From positions 19,802 through 83,801 of the forward strand of contig JAMASS010000013.1 in NCBI GenBank assembly GCA_024761205.1: a stretch of 64,000 bases of DNA, read 5' to 3'. Shown piece after piece: positions 7,443 through 17,994 of the stretch (within the stretch, counting starts at the first letter, position 1; every line of letters starts with the position of its first letter). Origin of the DNA: Limisphaerales bacterium. GTDB taxonomy: Bacteria > Verrucomicrobiota > Verrucomicrobiia > Limisphaerales > AAA164-E04. Under the pieces are notes generated by a model. It made no database searches and was not told where the DNA came from. It saw only the letters and a list, made by a program, of their open reading frames with translations. A program made the translations under genes and the position numbers.

Positions 7443-8216
7443 ATGAAAAAACCGAGAGAAGCTTTTACGTTGATTGAGTTGTTGGTGGTGATCGCCATCA
7501 TCGGCATTCTGGCGGGGTTGTTGCTTCCTGCGCTTTCATCTGCCAAGCAAAAGGCCAAGCGCATCGTTTGCGTCGGCAATTTGAAACAACTCATCTCTGG
7601 CGCGCTGATGTACGCGGACGACGATCGTTATCAAAGCCTCACGCCCAAAGTGGACATCGATGATAATGACTTGAACTGGTTGCGCCGGGGCTATGTGGAG
7701 GATCTTCGGATCTTTGTCTGTCCCGCCACGCGGAATATGGTTCGGGGGGACATCGTCGGCGTCTCTCCTCATTCCGGGCAGAAGGGTCTGGTCGATCTCA
7801 TCAATCTGGCCGGCGGCACGGGGCGGGTGAACGGCATGAGCTACGGTCTCTTCGGTTTCGTGGGCTATAACGTGCCGGTCTGGTCGCAGATTCCCGTGCC
7901 CGGCGGCTGGCGGACGATCAACGGCATCCGCAAGAATCTCAACAATGTGCAGACTTACGTGAAGCATCACAACGCCTTCGGACTGAAAGGAACTGTTCCG
8001 GGACCGAGCCGGATGTGGCTCTTGACCGATAATCAGGCCTTGGGCTTCTTCGATCATTACCCGGACTCTGAAGACAATCATGGAGAAAAAGGCGCCAACA
8101 TCAGTTTTTGCGACGGGCACATCGAGTGGGTTTCCCGAAACGAGTTCATTTATAGCAATGAACTTTCCGAGGATGAAGGACGGACGGGCATCCCCGTGCC
8201 TTCGCACAGCCCTTGA
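7443..8216 (+). CDS. Prepilin-type N-terminal cleavage/methylation protein with C-terminal H-X9-DG-like motif (PVC-type)
   Basis: [52 protein letters not shown]. Confidence 0.9.
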   Translation: MKKPREAFTLIELLVVIAIIGILAGLLLPALSSAKQKAKRIVCVGNLKQLISGALMYADDDRYQSLTPKVDIDDNDLNWLRRGYVEDLRIFVCPATRNMVRGDIVGVSPHSGQKGLVDLINLAGGTGRVNGMSYGLFGFVGYNVPVWSQIPVPGGWRTINGIRKNLNNVQTYVKHHNAFGLKGTVPGPSRMWLLTDNQALGFFDHYPDSEDNHGEKGANISFCDGHIEWVSRNEFIYSNELSEDEGRTGIPVPSHSP

Positions 8217-8239
8217 TCTTCAAACGCTTCCGGCCGTTG

Positions 8240-8284
8240 GCGCCCCGAATGCGCTCGAGTTCTTTTGGGGCGCGTGTTTTCTTC
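8240..8284 (+). terminator. Possible terminator ending the island operon
   Basis: GCGCCCCGAA...TTTGGGGCGC stem followed by GTGTTTTCTT. Confidence 0.4.
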
Positions 8285-8394
8285 GGCGGAAACAAGCGCC
8301 CGCATTTTTCAGCGGTTCCACAAATGATTCACTACGGTGTTTGAATTCCGCTGAGCCGCCTCTATAGTCTGCTTCGATTTCCGATCGAAGGAAC

Positions 8395-10332
8395 ATGGGA
8401 AGACAGCCGATCCAAAGAGAAGCATGGACTCGGGAAGCCGCGAGAGATCTCTATCACATCAAGCGATGGGGCGGCGGTTACTTTGACATCAACGAATCCG
8501 GCCACGTTTTCGCATCTCCGAATCCGGAGCAAGGATCCACGGTCGATCTCATCAACATTGTTGCGGAAGCCAAGCGCCGAAATCTGCGCTTCCCCCTCCT
8601 GATTCGATTTCAAGATATCCTTCGCCATCGGGTCAAGGCCATCAATGAGGCCTTTGAAAACGCCATCGAAGAATGCGAATACAAGGGACGCTACCGAGGC
8701 GTTTTCCCCATCAAGGTCAACCAACTCCGAGAAGTGGTCGAAGAAGTCATCAAGGCGGGAAAGCCCTATGGTTTTGGTCTGGAAGTGGGCAGCAAGCCGG
8801 AGTTGTTCGCAGCTCTAGCCCTGCAAACCTCGCCCAACAGTCTCCTGATTTGCAATGGCTATAAAGACCCCAGCTTTATCCGCATGGCTCTTATGGGAAT
8901 CAAACTCGGGAAAAAGGTCATCGTGGTCATCGAGAAACTTGAGGAATTGGAACAAATCATCAAGGTCTCGAAAGAAACCGATGTTCAGCCCATGATCGGC
9001 ATTCGCGCGCGTTTGCTGAGTAAGGGAGCTGGAAAATGGGCGGACAGCAGCGGTGAAACCGCCAAGTTTGGCCTCAGCACCGCAGAGCTCGTTACCGCTG
9101 CAGACCAACTCACCGCTGAGAATCTCCAAGACTGCTTTCAATTGCTTCACTTTCACATCGGATCCCAAATACCGGATATCCAATCCATCAAACGCGCTAC
9201 CCAGGAAGCCACTCGACTCTATGCCCAACTGCACAAGATGGGCTTTAACATCAGGAACATCGATGTCGGTGGCGGCCTAGGCGTGGACTACGACGGCAGT
9301 CGAACGGCCTGCGAGAGCTCGACCAACTACACGTTGCAGGAATACGCCAACGACATCGTTTATCACATCGGTGATGTCTGCAACGCCGAGGGAGTGCCCC
9401 ATCCCGAAATCACGAGCGAGAGCGGCCGCGCCATTGTGGCTCATCACAGTGCGCTCATCGTCGAGGTCTTTGGAATGATCGAGAAAGGAGCGCCGAATTG
9501 CCAATTCGACTACAACGCCGACGAGCACGCCGTGATCAAAGAACTACTTGATATCAAAGAAAATTTACAATCGCTCAACCCGCTTGAAGCCTTTCATGAT
9601 GCGATGGAGCGGAAAGACGACGCGCAGCACATGTTTAACCTAGGCATTCTCAGCCTCCGAGACAAAGCGAAGATAGAGAATCTGGCTTGGGAAATTTGCC
9701 GATCCGTAAAGTCAAGTTTTGCCTATCAAGCGTTTGTTCCTGAAGAAATCCGCAGTTTCGAAGAACAAATCGGTGATCAATACCTTTGCAACTTCTCCGT
9801 TTTCCAATCCCTATTGGACCACTGGGCTTGCAACCAGTTGTTCCCCGTGATGCCTATTAGCCGCTTGCTGGAGGAACCTACGAAAGAAACCACCCTGGCC
9901 GACATCACTTGCGATTCAGACGGACAAATCAATCGGTTTATCGACCTCGACGGCGGCAAAGACACCTTGAGGCTCCACGAACTCAATGGAAAAGCCTCAA
10001 ATCATCATGATTACTATCTCGGGTTTTTCCTCATAGGTGCTTATCAAGACATCATGGGCGACCTCCACAATCTGTTTGGCAAAGTGAACGAAGTTCATAT
10101 CTTTCTCGATTCTGATGAACCTTGTGGCTACTACATCGAAGAGATCATCCCTGGGAATACCATTCAGGGTTCTCTTCGAGCCGTTCAGTACGACGAGAAG
10201 GAGCTCAGTCGCCAAATGAAGGCTCAGGTGGAATCAGCAATCGAAGAAGATCGACTCAAATCCTCCGAAGCCATGCAACTGCTCCAAGACTACAACGCCA
10301 GCCTAAATGATTACACCTACCTAAGGTTTTGA
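8395..10332 (+). CDS. speA: Biosynthetic arginine decarboxylase
   Basis: WGGGYF, VFPIKVNQ (PLP Lys), GLEVGSKPEL, HFHIGSQI, DVGGGLGVDYDG, DITCDSDG. Confidence 0.96.
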   Translation: MGRQPIQREAWTREAARDLYHIKRWGGGYFDINESGHVFASPNPEQGSTVDLINIVAEAKRRNLRFPLLIRFQDILRHRVKAINEAFENAIEECEYKGRYRGVFPIKVNQLREVVEEVIKAGKPYGFGLEVGSKPELFAALALQTSPNSLLICNGYKDPSFIRMALMGIKLGKKVIVVIEKLEELEQIIKVSKETDVQPMIGIRARLLSKGAGKWADSSGETAKFGLSTAELVTAADQLTAENLQDCFQLLHFHIGSQIPDIQSIKRATQEATRLYAQLHKMGFNIRNIDVGGGLGVDYDGSRTACESSTNYTLQEYANDIVYHIGDVCNAEGVPHPEITSESGRAIVAHHSALIVEVFGMIEKGAPNCQFDYNADEHAVIKELLDIKENLQSLNPLEAFHDAMERKDDAQHMFNLGILSLRDKAKIENLAWEICRSVKSSFAYQAFVPEEIRSFEEQIGDQYLCNFSVFQSLLDHWACNQLFPVMPISRLLEEPTKETTLADITCDSDGQINRFIDLDGGKDTLRLHELNGKASNHHDYYLGFFLIGAYQDIMGDLHNLFGKVNEVHIFLDSDEPCGYYIEEIIPGNTIQGSLRAVQYDEKELSRQMKAQVESAIEEDRLKSSEAMQLLQDYNASLNDYTYLRF

Positions 10333-10344
10333 GAGCCACAGACG

Positions 10345-11064
10345 ATGTCTCTAAGTAATCCAACGCCAGAACTTCTCAGATCACTCGGCAAGATGCTCCA
10401 AGGGCTCTCCGCCTTATTCTGGGGTTTGCCGCTAACTTTGATCTGCAGTGTCCAGAGCCAGACCCTGGGAGGCGCTCGAGAATTCGCCGTGGTCATTCCC
10501 AGCCTCGCCAATGGTCTGCTCTTTTTTGGCCTAACACAACTGTCCCATTTCCAACCACAAGAGCGGATTTGGCGAGAAGCCCTTGATCGAGCCAAGGTCC
10601 TCGCCATCATCAATACGGGATTGGCGCCCTTCCTCTACTTCTGGTCTCGCCTGCCCGGCATCCCTCTCTACGCCCTTGCGGTTGATCTCCTTTATCTCTC
10701 TTCGCTTTTGTTTCTTTACAACTACAACCTAGTGATTTCGCGGCTCACATCTATGCTCCCCGATGAAAGTCTGAGGAATGATGCCAAGGTTTTTACCCGG
10801 CTCAATCGAGCCATTCTCGGAATCGTGGCTCTGCTGAGCCTCGGCTATTTGGCGATGATCAGAATCGGGATGGTACCCGCATTCCTTCACCGGCCCATTG
10901 AAATCCTGGAAACCGTCCGCTCGTGGTTGGCAATATCCCTACTGTTGATGCCCGTCGCCATGACCATGACCCTCACCTGGAAAGTGAAAGAGTTGGTGGT
11001 CGGTGGCGTCTTTAACAGCGAATTTTGGAATCCAGAGAAACGCTCACCCGATCCCGCATCCTAA
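10345..11064 (+). CDS. Multi-pass membrane protein, unknown function
   Basis: 239-aa ORF with about 6 hydrophobic segments, 12 nt after speA. Confidence 0.7.
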   Translation: MSLSNPTPELLRSLGKMLQGLSALFWGLPLTLICSVQSQTLGGAREFAVVIPSLANGLLFFGLTQLSHFQPQERIWREALDRAKVLAIINTGLAPFLYFWSRLPGIPLYALAVDLLYLSSLLFLYNYNLVISRLTSMLPDESLRNDAKVFTRLNRAILGIVALLSLGYLAMIRIGMVPAFLHRPIEILETVRSWLAISLLLMPVAMTMTLTWKVKELVVGGVFNSEFWNPEKRSPDPAS

Positions 11065-11804
11065 CGACCTTTGAAGATTCGGTTCGCCTCTTCGAGCGTT
11101 TCTTTGGAGCCGATGTCGTACCAAATCCCCGGAACGGACCAAGTAAAAACCGGCAGACGAGGATAAAGCCACTGGACCAATCGTCCGGGTTTGTCGGGGT
11201 CATTGTCGCCGTCCAGAAAAGCGTTGATCTTGGGCAACACACTCTTGGGATAATAGTAGAGAGCGATTCCAATCAGAGTCGTCTCGGGCGACTCGGGTTT
11301 CTCTTCAAACGAGGTGACCTGGCCCTCCATATCGGTATGAACCGCACTATAATTCTTAGCCGCCTCGAGGCGCCCCACATCGTAGACTCCCAAGACCGCC
11401 GCATTAACCTCCCGGCAATAATCTCCGAATAACTCCAATGACTGGCTGAAAAGGTTATCCCCAGCAACGACAATCAAATCGTCATCCAAAGCGTGCTCGC
11501 GCATGACCAGCCCGAGATCACCAATGGCTCCCAAGCGGGTTTCTGCCGAGGTCGAACCATCATTCACTACAGTGATGCGTTGCCTCAACGCCTCATCTTT
11601 CCCGTTAGCCCATTGAGCAAACTGAGGCGCAAACTTCTGATTCGACACGATATAAATCTGATCGATCGAATCTATCATCACTAAATTCTCCAAAACTCGA
11701 TCGATGATTGGTCGGCCAGCGACCTCGAGTAAGGGTTTGGGTTGGGTCAGGGTCAGAGGATGTAACCGGCTTGAGTATCCGGCCGCCAAAATCACTAGTT
11801 TCAT
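11061..11804 (-). CDS. Sugar-phosphate nucleotidyltransferase family protein
   Basis: ILAAGYSSRLHPLT..PKPLL, VAGDN, FEEKP, WYDIG. Confidence 0.9.
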   Translation of the reverse strand: MKLVILAAGYSSRLHPLTLTQPKPLLEVAGRPIIDRVLENLVMIDSIDQIYIVSNQKFAPQFAQWANGKDEALRQRITVVNDGSTSAETRLGAIGDLGLVMREHALDDDLIVVAGDNLFSQSLELFGDYCREVNAAVLGVYDVGRLEAAKNYSAVHTDMEGQVTSFEEKPESPETTLIGIALYYYPKSVLPKINAFLDGDNDPDKPGRLVQWLYPRLPVFTWSVPGIWYDIGSKETLEEANRIFKGR

Positions 11805-11825
11805 CTCTGGAAATACGGAACGACA

Positions 11826-13595
11826 TCATACGTTCAGCTCGGGAGCGACACGCTGCACCAAACTCTGGCAGGCCGCAACCACTTCGGCTCCGGATTCTGA
11901 CGACAAGGCCCAATCCGCAAGCTCGACGACTTGCGCCAATTCAAGCTTCCGGACCAAATGCTTCACCATTGGGGTCAGCGGCGCCGAAGCGCTCAAATGA
12001 TGAATCCCCAAACCAATCAGAAGGGGCACCATGAGTGGGTCTCCAGCCATCTCACCACAAACGCCTACCGAGACATTCGTGCCTTTCACAGATCGGACAA
12101 TGTGTTTAATCAATCGTAGAATTCCCGGATGCGTCGGTTCGTACAAATGCGCGACGCGCTCATTCAACCGATCTACAGCCGCACCATACTGAATGAGATC
12201 ATTGGTCCCGATACTAAAGAAATCGACCTCGGTGGCCAAGACATCCGCAATCATCGCCGCGGCCGGCGTCTCGATCATGATCCCCACGGGGAGACGCTCG
12301 TCAAAGGGGACTTGCTCACGCCTTAATTCATCCCGGCAAACTTCCAGTATCTGTCTGGCGGTTCTCAACTCTTCCACATTCGAGATCATGGGAAAGAGCA
12401 ACTTGAGCCGACCATGCGCGCTAGCTCGCAAGATGGCTCGTAGCTGAGTCTTGAATATCTCCTCGTGCTGAAGGCAAAACCGAATCGCTCGGACGCCCAA
12501 AGCTGGATTGGACTCCTCAAGATCGGGGAGGACATCCGCCATCTTGTCGGCTCCCAAATCAAGAGTACGCACCAACAAAGTACGCTCCCCCAACTCAGTC
12601 GCGGCATTCCGATACGCCTCAAACTGCTGCCCCTCATTTGGAAGGGCCGATCGATTGAGGAAGAGATACTCAGTACGAAAGAGCCCGACCCCTTCAGCGC
12701 CAAACTTGCTGACATCCTCGACCTCGTCCGGATGATCAATGTTAGCCATCAAATGAATTCGTTGCCGATCAACCGTCTCCCCCGGAAGATCGCGAATGGA
12801 CACTAATTCATTCTCAAAATCTTCGTGCTGCTTCGCCAGCTCTCCATACTCATAGAGTGACTGGACCGTGGGGTTTAGAATCACTACTCCGTCATATCCA
12901 TCCAACAACAGATTCTCACCGATACTCAATCGCCGTGAAATATCGCGGAGGCCCACCACTGCCGGTAACTGAAGGGATCGGGCAAGAATCGCCGTATGAG
13001 AAGTCGGGCTACCCACATCCGTTCCGAACCCCAGGACCATCTCTCGATTGAATAGTGCGGTCGTAGAAGGGCTCAAATCATGCCCGATAATAATCGACGG
13101 CTCCTTGAGATCGTTTAAAGGATCACCGGCCCGATCTCCCAGGAGGTTTTCAATAACCCGATAGGCCACGTCACGCATATCAGCCGCCCGCTCCCGCAAG
13201 TAATTGTCATCAACGGCATCCAGCGCCGTGGCGAACTTCTGAGTCGTTCGGTCAAACGCCGCCTCAACATTGACCTTCTCATTAGCGACCTGTCGGGTTA
13301 CTTCGTCGATGATTGTCTGATCTTCCAAAACGAGCAGGTGAGCGTCAAAAATTAGCGCGTCCTTGGTGTCCACTTTCTCGGAAAGCTCCCGCTGAATCTT
13401 CTGAAGCTCCTCCCTAGTTTCGACCAGCGCCTGTTTGAATCGCTGAATCTCCTGAGTGACCTCGGACTCACTCACGTGGTAATTCGGAATCTTCAGTCGT
13501 TTCGGACCAACGACAACAACCGGCCCATGGCAAACCCCAGACGACACCGCGATCCCCTTGAAGACTACCTCATCCTGACTCTCGCCCCTTGCCAC
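11826..13595 (-). CDS. ptsI: Phosphoenolpyruvate-protein phosphotransferase (PTS enzyme I)
   Basis: GSPTSHTAILARS (phospho-His), GVGLFRTEYLF, DFFSIGTNDLIQY, GVCGEMAGD. Confidence 0.96.
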   Translation of the reverse strand: MARGESQDEVVFKGIAVSSGVCHGPVVVVGPKRLKIPNYHVSESEVTQEIQRFKQALVETREELQKIQRELSEKVDTKDALIFDAHLLVLEDQTIIDEVTRQVANEKVNVEAAFDRTTQKFATALDAVDDNYLRERAADMRDVAYRVIENLLGDRAGDPLNDLKEPSIIIGHDLSPSTTALFNREMVLGFGTDVGSPTSHTAILARSLQLPAVVGLRDISRRLSIGENLLLDGYDGVVILNPTVQSLYEYGELAKQHEDFENELVSIRDLPGETVDRQRIHLMANIDHPDEVEDVSKFGAEGVGLFRTEYLFLNRSALPNEGQQFEAYRNAATELGERTLLVRTLDLGADKMADVLPDLEESNPALGVRAIRFCLQHEEIFKTQLRAILRASAHGRLKLLFPMISNVEELRTARQILEVCRDELRREQVPFDERLPVGIMIETPAAAMIADVLATEVDFFSIGTNDLIQYGAAVDRLNERVAHLYEPTHPGILRLIKHIVRSVKGTNVSVGVCGEMAGDPLMVPLLIGLGIHHLSASAPLTPMVKHLVRKLELAQVVELADWALSSESGAEVVAACQSLVQRVAPELNV

Positions 13596-13774
13596 GAAGC
13601 CACTCTAAAGACGCGCAATGGGAGACGGAAGTAAAAAGCCCGTCGCCAACAGAACCATATCACCATTACACTATCGCGGGCAGTCAACTCAGATCGATCA
13701 GCGGCGGGGGTAACGAATCGGTGCATGCTCCATTTGAACTTGGCCACACCAAAAAACCAAGTTAACTGACATCC

Positions 13775-14326
13775 GTGACCAACGCTCGATGCATTTCCAA
13801 TTTGTCCCTCACTGGATTCATGGGCGTGGGCAAATCCACGTTGGGTAGGTACCTGGCAAAGACCCTAGGTTATCAATTTGTCGATACCGACAAGCTGATC
13901 GAGCAACGGGAAGGCCGCAAGATTATGGAAATCTTTGATTCCGACGGCGAGCCCCATTTTCGAGCTTTGGAACACAATCTCACTCAAGAAATTATCGAAT
14001 GGAAAAGGACAGTGATCTCAACTGGTGGTGGCCTCATCACTCAAAACGATAACCTCAAGATTCTCAAACGTTCTTCATTCGTTGTTTGCCTCTGGGCCTC
14101 CCCAGAAACCATCTATCAACGTGTGAAATGCCAGCAACACCGTCCCTTACTGCAAACAAATAACCTGCAGGAAAGAATCTGCGAACTACTCAAAAAACGT
14201 TCTCCCTTTTATAAGCAGTCCGATCTGATCATCAACACCGACAACAGACCGCTTCGAGTGGTGGCTCAATTGATGATCCGACAGTATCATCAAGCCCAAA
14301 GCAAGAACCCAAAACCATTACATTGA
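13775..14326 (+). CDS. aroK: Shikimate kinase
   Basis: GFMGVGKST, DTD, GEPHFRALE, STGGG, RPLL. Confidence 0.93.
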   Translation: MTNARCISNLSLTGFMGVGKSTLGRYLAKTLGYQFVDTDKLIEQREGRKIMEIFDSDGEPHFRALEHNLTQEIIEWKRTVISTGGGLITQNDNLKILKRSSFVVCLWASPETIYQRVKCQQHRPLLQTNNLQERICELLKKRSPFYKQSDLIINTDNRPLRVVAQLMIRQYHQAQSKNPKPLH

Positions 14327-14348
14327 CAGATGGTTAAAGCTGCACACG

Positions 14349-15401
14349 TTGAACCAAGACTCAGCAAAAAAGCGAATCCTCTCAAAAGCATCCGCACTCG
14401 GTTTTGACGTGTGCCGTATCACCGGTCCCGAATCTCCTTCTACAGGAGAGCATTACACACAATGGTTGACAGCGGGTTGCCACGGTGAGATGGCCTATTT
14501 GGAGCGGAATCAGAAAAAACGCCTCGATCCCTCCAAAGTTCTGCCAAAGATCAGGAGCATCATCACCTTGGCGACGAGCTACTTCCAGAGTGACAACAAA
14601 ACAGTATCCGAAGACAACAACTATCGCGGGGTCATTGCAAGATATGCGCGGCACACGGACTATCACGACGTCTTGGCCGAAAAACTAAAGGAACTGACTG
14701 TAACTGTCATGGATGCCGCTACCTGCGAGGACCGATCCCTGTGGTACGTCGACACCGGACCGATTCTCGAACGCGATCTGGCTCAACGAGCCGGTCTCGG
14801 TTTCATCGGAAAACATACGAATCTTATCAGCCGCAAGCTCGGCAACTGGTTTTTTATCTCCGAAATACTCACGACCCTTGAACTGCCCCCGGACCAACCC
14901 GAGAAAAATCGATGCGGAAAGTGCACTCGATGCATTACGGCGTGTCCGACTCAGGCCATCACAGAACCCTTTCTCCTCGACGCACGAAGGTGCATTTCCT
15001 ATCTCACAATCGAACTAAAAGGTTCCATTCCCGTCGATCTGCGCCCCCTAATCGGTAACCGTGTCTTCGGCTGCGACGACTGCCTTGAGGTTTGCCCCTG
15101 GAACCGGTTCGCCCACGAAGGTAAGATAATGAAATTACAAGTCAGACCGGAGTTCTCTGATATTAGTCTCGAAGACTGGGCGAGAATTGATGCCAATACC
15201 TTTAAACGAATATTTCGAGGCAGCCCCTTCTATCGGACAAAGTGGCGCGGCTTAATCCGGAACGTCTGCGTCGCTCTGGGCAACGTGGGAACCCCAAAGA
15301 ACCTTCCAACGCTCCATCGGCTCGCAGACCATGAAGATTCAATCGTCACCGAACATGCATCCTGGGCAATCACGCAGATCAACAAACGTGAATCCAAGTA
15401 A
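14349..15401 (+). CDS. queG: tRNA epoxyqueuosine(34) reductase
   Basis: ARYARHTDYH, YVDTGPILER, CGKCTRCITACPT, RCISYLTIE, GCDDCLEVCPWN. Confidence 0.95.
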   Translation: MNQDSAKKRILSKASALGFDVCRITGPESPSTGEHYTQWLTAGCHGEMAYLERNQKKRLDPSKVLPKIRSIITLATSYFQSDNKTVSEDNNYRGVIARYARHTDYHDVLAEKLKELTVTVMDAATCEDRSLWYVDTGPILERDLAQRAGLGFIGKHTNLISRKLGNWFFISEILTTLELPPDQPEKNRCGKCTRCITACPTQAITEPFLLDARRCISYLTIELKGSIPVDLRPLIGNRVFGCDDCLEVCPWNRFAHEGKIMKLQVRPEFSDISLEDWARIDANTFKRIFRGSPFYRTKWRGLIRNVCVALGNVGTPKNLPTLHRLADHEDSIVTEHASWAITQINKRESK

Positions 15402-15449
15402 TCTCATATTGAAATTTACCCCAAGAGATCGACCTGCTAAAACCCCGTC

Positions 15450-15854
15450 ATGTCAGAGTTTGTTCGATTTGTAAATCATGGAGCATCGCTCATCAGTCCC
15501 ACAATCGTAGAGCAGGTCATGCGGCAGCTGCCCGTTTGGAAAGCTGAGTTCGCCCAGATCCACGCCCCTTCCTACCCCCATCTAGTCGATCAACTAGAAT
15601 TCCTCGCTGACGTGGTGGAAGACTGCTTTGAAGGCGCCTATAAGGATCTTCCCTATTTCGCCATGGCGGAATCTCTTTTCGCCTTGATGTATGCGCACAA
15701 AAAGATCGACATCATCCCCGATGCCATTCTTCAAATCGGAAGGGCAGACGACTCGAGTGTGGTTCGCGCGGTGCTGATACAGAATGAAAAGGCCTTTCGG
15801 AAATACGCCAAATCGACCAACGTCAACTGGAAAAAAATCACTAGCAACCCCTAA
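15450..15854 (+). CDS. YkvA/DUF1232-like protein
   Basis: ALMY...DIIPD.....GRADD motif. Confidence 0.7.
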   Translation: MSEFVRFVNHGASLISPTIVEQVMRQLPVWKAEFAQIHAPSYPHLVDQLEFLADVVEDCFEGAYKDLPYFAMAESLFALMYAHKKIDIIPDAILQIGRADDSSVVRAVLIQNEKAFRKYAKSTNVNWKKITSNP

Positions 15855-15893
15855 ATTGGCCGAATCTTATTTGGCAGCCCAGTGGACAGAGGT

Positions 15894-16406
15894 TCAGACT
15901 AACCAAGTTTTGAGCTTATCCCTTAGTGGGATGAGATCCTGATCATTGATTGCGAGCGAGCGAATCGCTTGATGTCCGCTGATCTTAGCAGCCTTCTCAA
16001 GCCATCCCTTGGCCTGCTCCAAGTTGCCCAGTTGGCAAGAATAGCAAGCGAGATTGTAAGGAACGGTCCCCTCCTTAGGAAACTTGCTATAGGCAGGCAA
16101 TAATTTATTCCACGCTTCCAGTGTCCGGCGCAGTTCGTGCAGACAATAAGACCGGTGCAACCACCCAGAGCATCGTTCTGGGTATCCCTCAACCAGTCGC
16201 TCAGCGATGGAAAGCGCCTGATCCCACTCACGGCGCCGTCCGCTAATGTCCCACCTCACTTCAAGAACATCCGGGTGTCTAACAAATTGAGGGGCAACCC
16301 GATTGATCTGGCCTTCTGCCTCAGCAAGATTGCCTAATCCAAGCCAACCAATCGCTTCATCCAAAAAAACCGAGTTCTGAAAGTCAATATCTAGGGGCTG
16401 GTCCAT
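15894..16406 (-). CDS. TPR-repeat protein
   Basis: AIGWLGLG, YNLACYSCQLG..A..WL..A, DxDL C-terminus. Confidence 0.8.
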   Translation of the reverse strand: MDQPLDIDFQNSVFLDEAIGWLGLGNLAEAEGQINRVAPQFVRHPDVLEVRWDISGRRREWDQALSIAERLVEGYPERCSGWLHRSYCLHELRRTLEAWNKLLPAYSKFPKEGTVPYNLACYSCQLGNLEQAKGWLEKAAKISGHQAIRSLAINDQDLIPLRDKLKTWLV

Positions 16407-16481
16407 CGGTGTAGTTGCCCGCGATCTGCCGATTCCCTTGAAGTTTTGAGGGTCAAGCAGCCCTGACTCCGATCCATTGGC

Positions 16482-17759
16482 TCAGATGCTTGTATTGTCC
16501 GGAATCGTGGCGTTTTTGGGGACGATCACAATCCCGTCGCGGACAAAGAAATTATCGCTGTCATGGTTTTCGAGCTTGCCCTCCGGCGAGATGGTGCAGT
16601 TCTCACCAATCCGGGCGTTCTTATCAATAATCGCATTGGAGATTTTCGAACCCCTACCGATGCCGATTCGCGTCAACGACTCACCGGATGATGCGATCTC
16701 GTAGCTATCACTCCCCATCATGACCACCCGGTTCAACTCACATCCTGAATTCACAATACTTCGAACGCCCAATTGAGAATCTATGATCGTTGCACCATTG
16801 ATCACGCATCCATCGGCTACCAGCGAATACTTTATGGTTGCACCGTTTATTTTGGTGGCAGGAAGAAAACGTGGGCGGGTATAAATGGGAGCCTTTCCTT
16901 CAAACAGATTAAATTGGGGGAGAGGCTTGGCGAGATCAAGGTTGGCTTCAAAGAATGAGCGGATCGTTCCCACATCTTCCCAATAACCCTGAAAAATATA
17001 GGAAAAGACGCGCTGCTTCTGAATCGCTCCCGGAATGATGTGCTTGCCAAAATCCGTCTGTTGCCCCTCCAAGGAAGGCTCAAGCGCCTCGCGATTGAAT
17101 ACATAAATCCCCATCGAAGCCAACCAGCGAGGTTGATCCCCTTCAATATTCAACCGTGGGTACCACTCATTTTCGAGTTTCAAACTTTCCTGCAACTCCG
17201 GATCCGAAGGTTTCTCTTCAAACCGTTTGATTCGGAAATCCGAATCCATCTCCATGATACCAAAGCCAGCCACAGATTCCTGATAAACTGGCGTGGTTGC
17301 CACCGTAATCTCCGCTCCATGCTCGACGTGGTGCATCACCAGATCCTTGCAATCCATGCTGTAGAGCTGATCCCCGCTGAGAATGAGCAGATACTTGAAT
17401 GGGTGGTTGAGGAGGTGGATAAAATTTTTTCGTACGGCGTCTGCGGTGCCTTCATACCAAGAGGTACTTGTAGGCGTCTGCTCGGCAGCCAGAATCTCCA
17501 CAAAACCTCCGCCAAACTGATCAAACTTGTAGGACTGAGATATGTGCCGATGAAGCGATGCGGAATTGAATTGAGTGAGGACGTATATCCGTTTGAACCC
17601 GGAGTTGATGCAATTTGAGATCGGCACATCGACGAGCCGATACTTGCCACCCAAAGGTACGGCTGGCTTTGCCCTTTCCTTAGTCAACGGAAAGAGACGA
17701 TATCCAGCTCCCCCACCCAAAATAATACATAAGACATCACTCGCCAACAACTGGCTCAC
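16482..17759 (-). CDS. glgC: Glucose-1-phosphate adenylyltransferase
   Basis: ILGGGAGYRLFPLTKERAKPAVPLGGKYRLVD, GTADAV, ILSGDQLY, DFGKHIIP, GYWEDVGT. Confidence 0.96.
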   Translation of the reverse strand: MSQLLASDVLCIILGGGAGYRLFPLTKERAKPAVPLGGKYRLVDVPISNCINSGFKRIYVLTQFNSASLHRHISQSYKFDQFGGGFVEILAAEQTPTSTSWYEGTADAVRKNFIHLLNHPFKYLLILSGDQLYSMDCKDLVMHHVEHGAEITVATTPVYQESVAGFGIMEMDSDFRIKRFEEKPSDPELQESLKLENEWYPRLNIEGDQPRWLASMGIYVFNREALEPSLEGQQTDFGKHIIPGAIQKQRVFSYIFQGYWEDVGTIRSFFEANLDLAKPLPQFNLFEGKAPIYTRPRFLPATKINGATIKYSLVADGCVINGATIIDSQLGVRSIVNSGCELNRVVMMGSDSYEIASSGESLTRIGIGRGSKISNAIIDKNARIGENCTISPEGKLENHDSDNFFVRDGIVIVPKNATIPDNTSI

Positions 17760-17994
17760 AATCTACTCCTAGTTTAGCTCTCGCATGATATAGCCCCGCC
17801 TGAATGCAGTCCAACCTATCCGAAGTTGCGATAGTCAGCAAGACCCATTGACATCACAAAGGAAATCAAGATCATCATTCGAATAGTGTATGCGACATCT
17901 CACGTGAGCGAGCCCCCGCCTCGACCAATCACCAATTGCCGGAAAGAAGGCAAACTCGTTTCCCTTTCAAATTGATCCCACACATCATCCAGTC

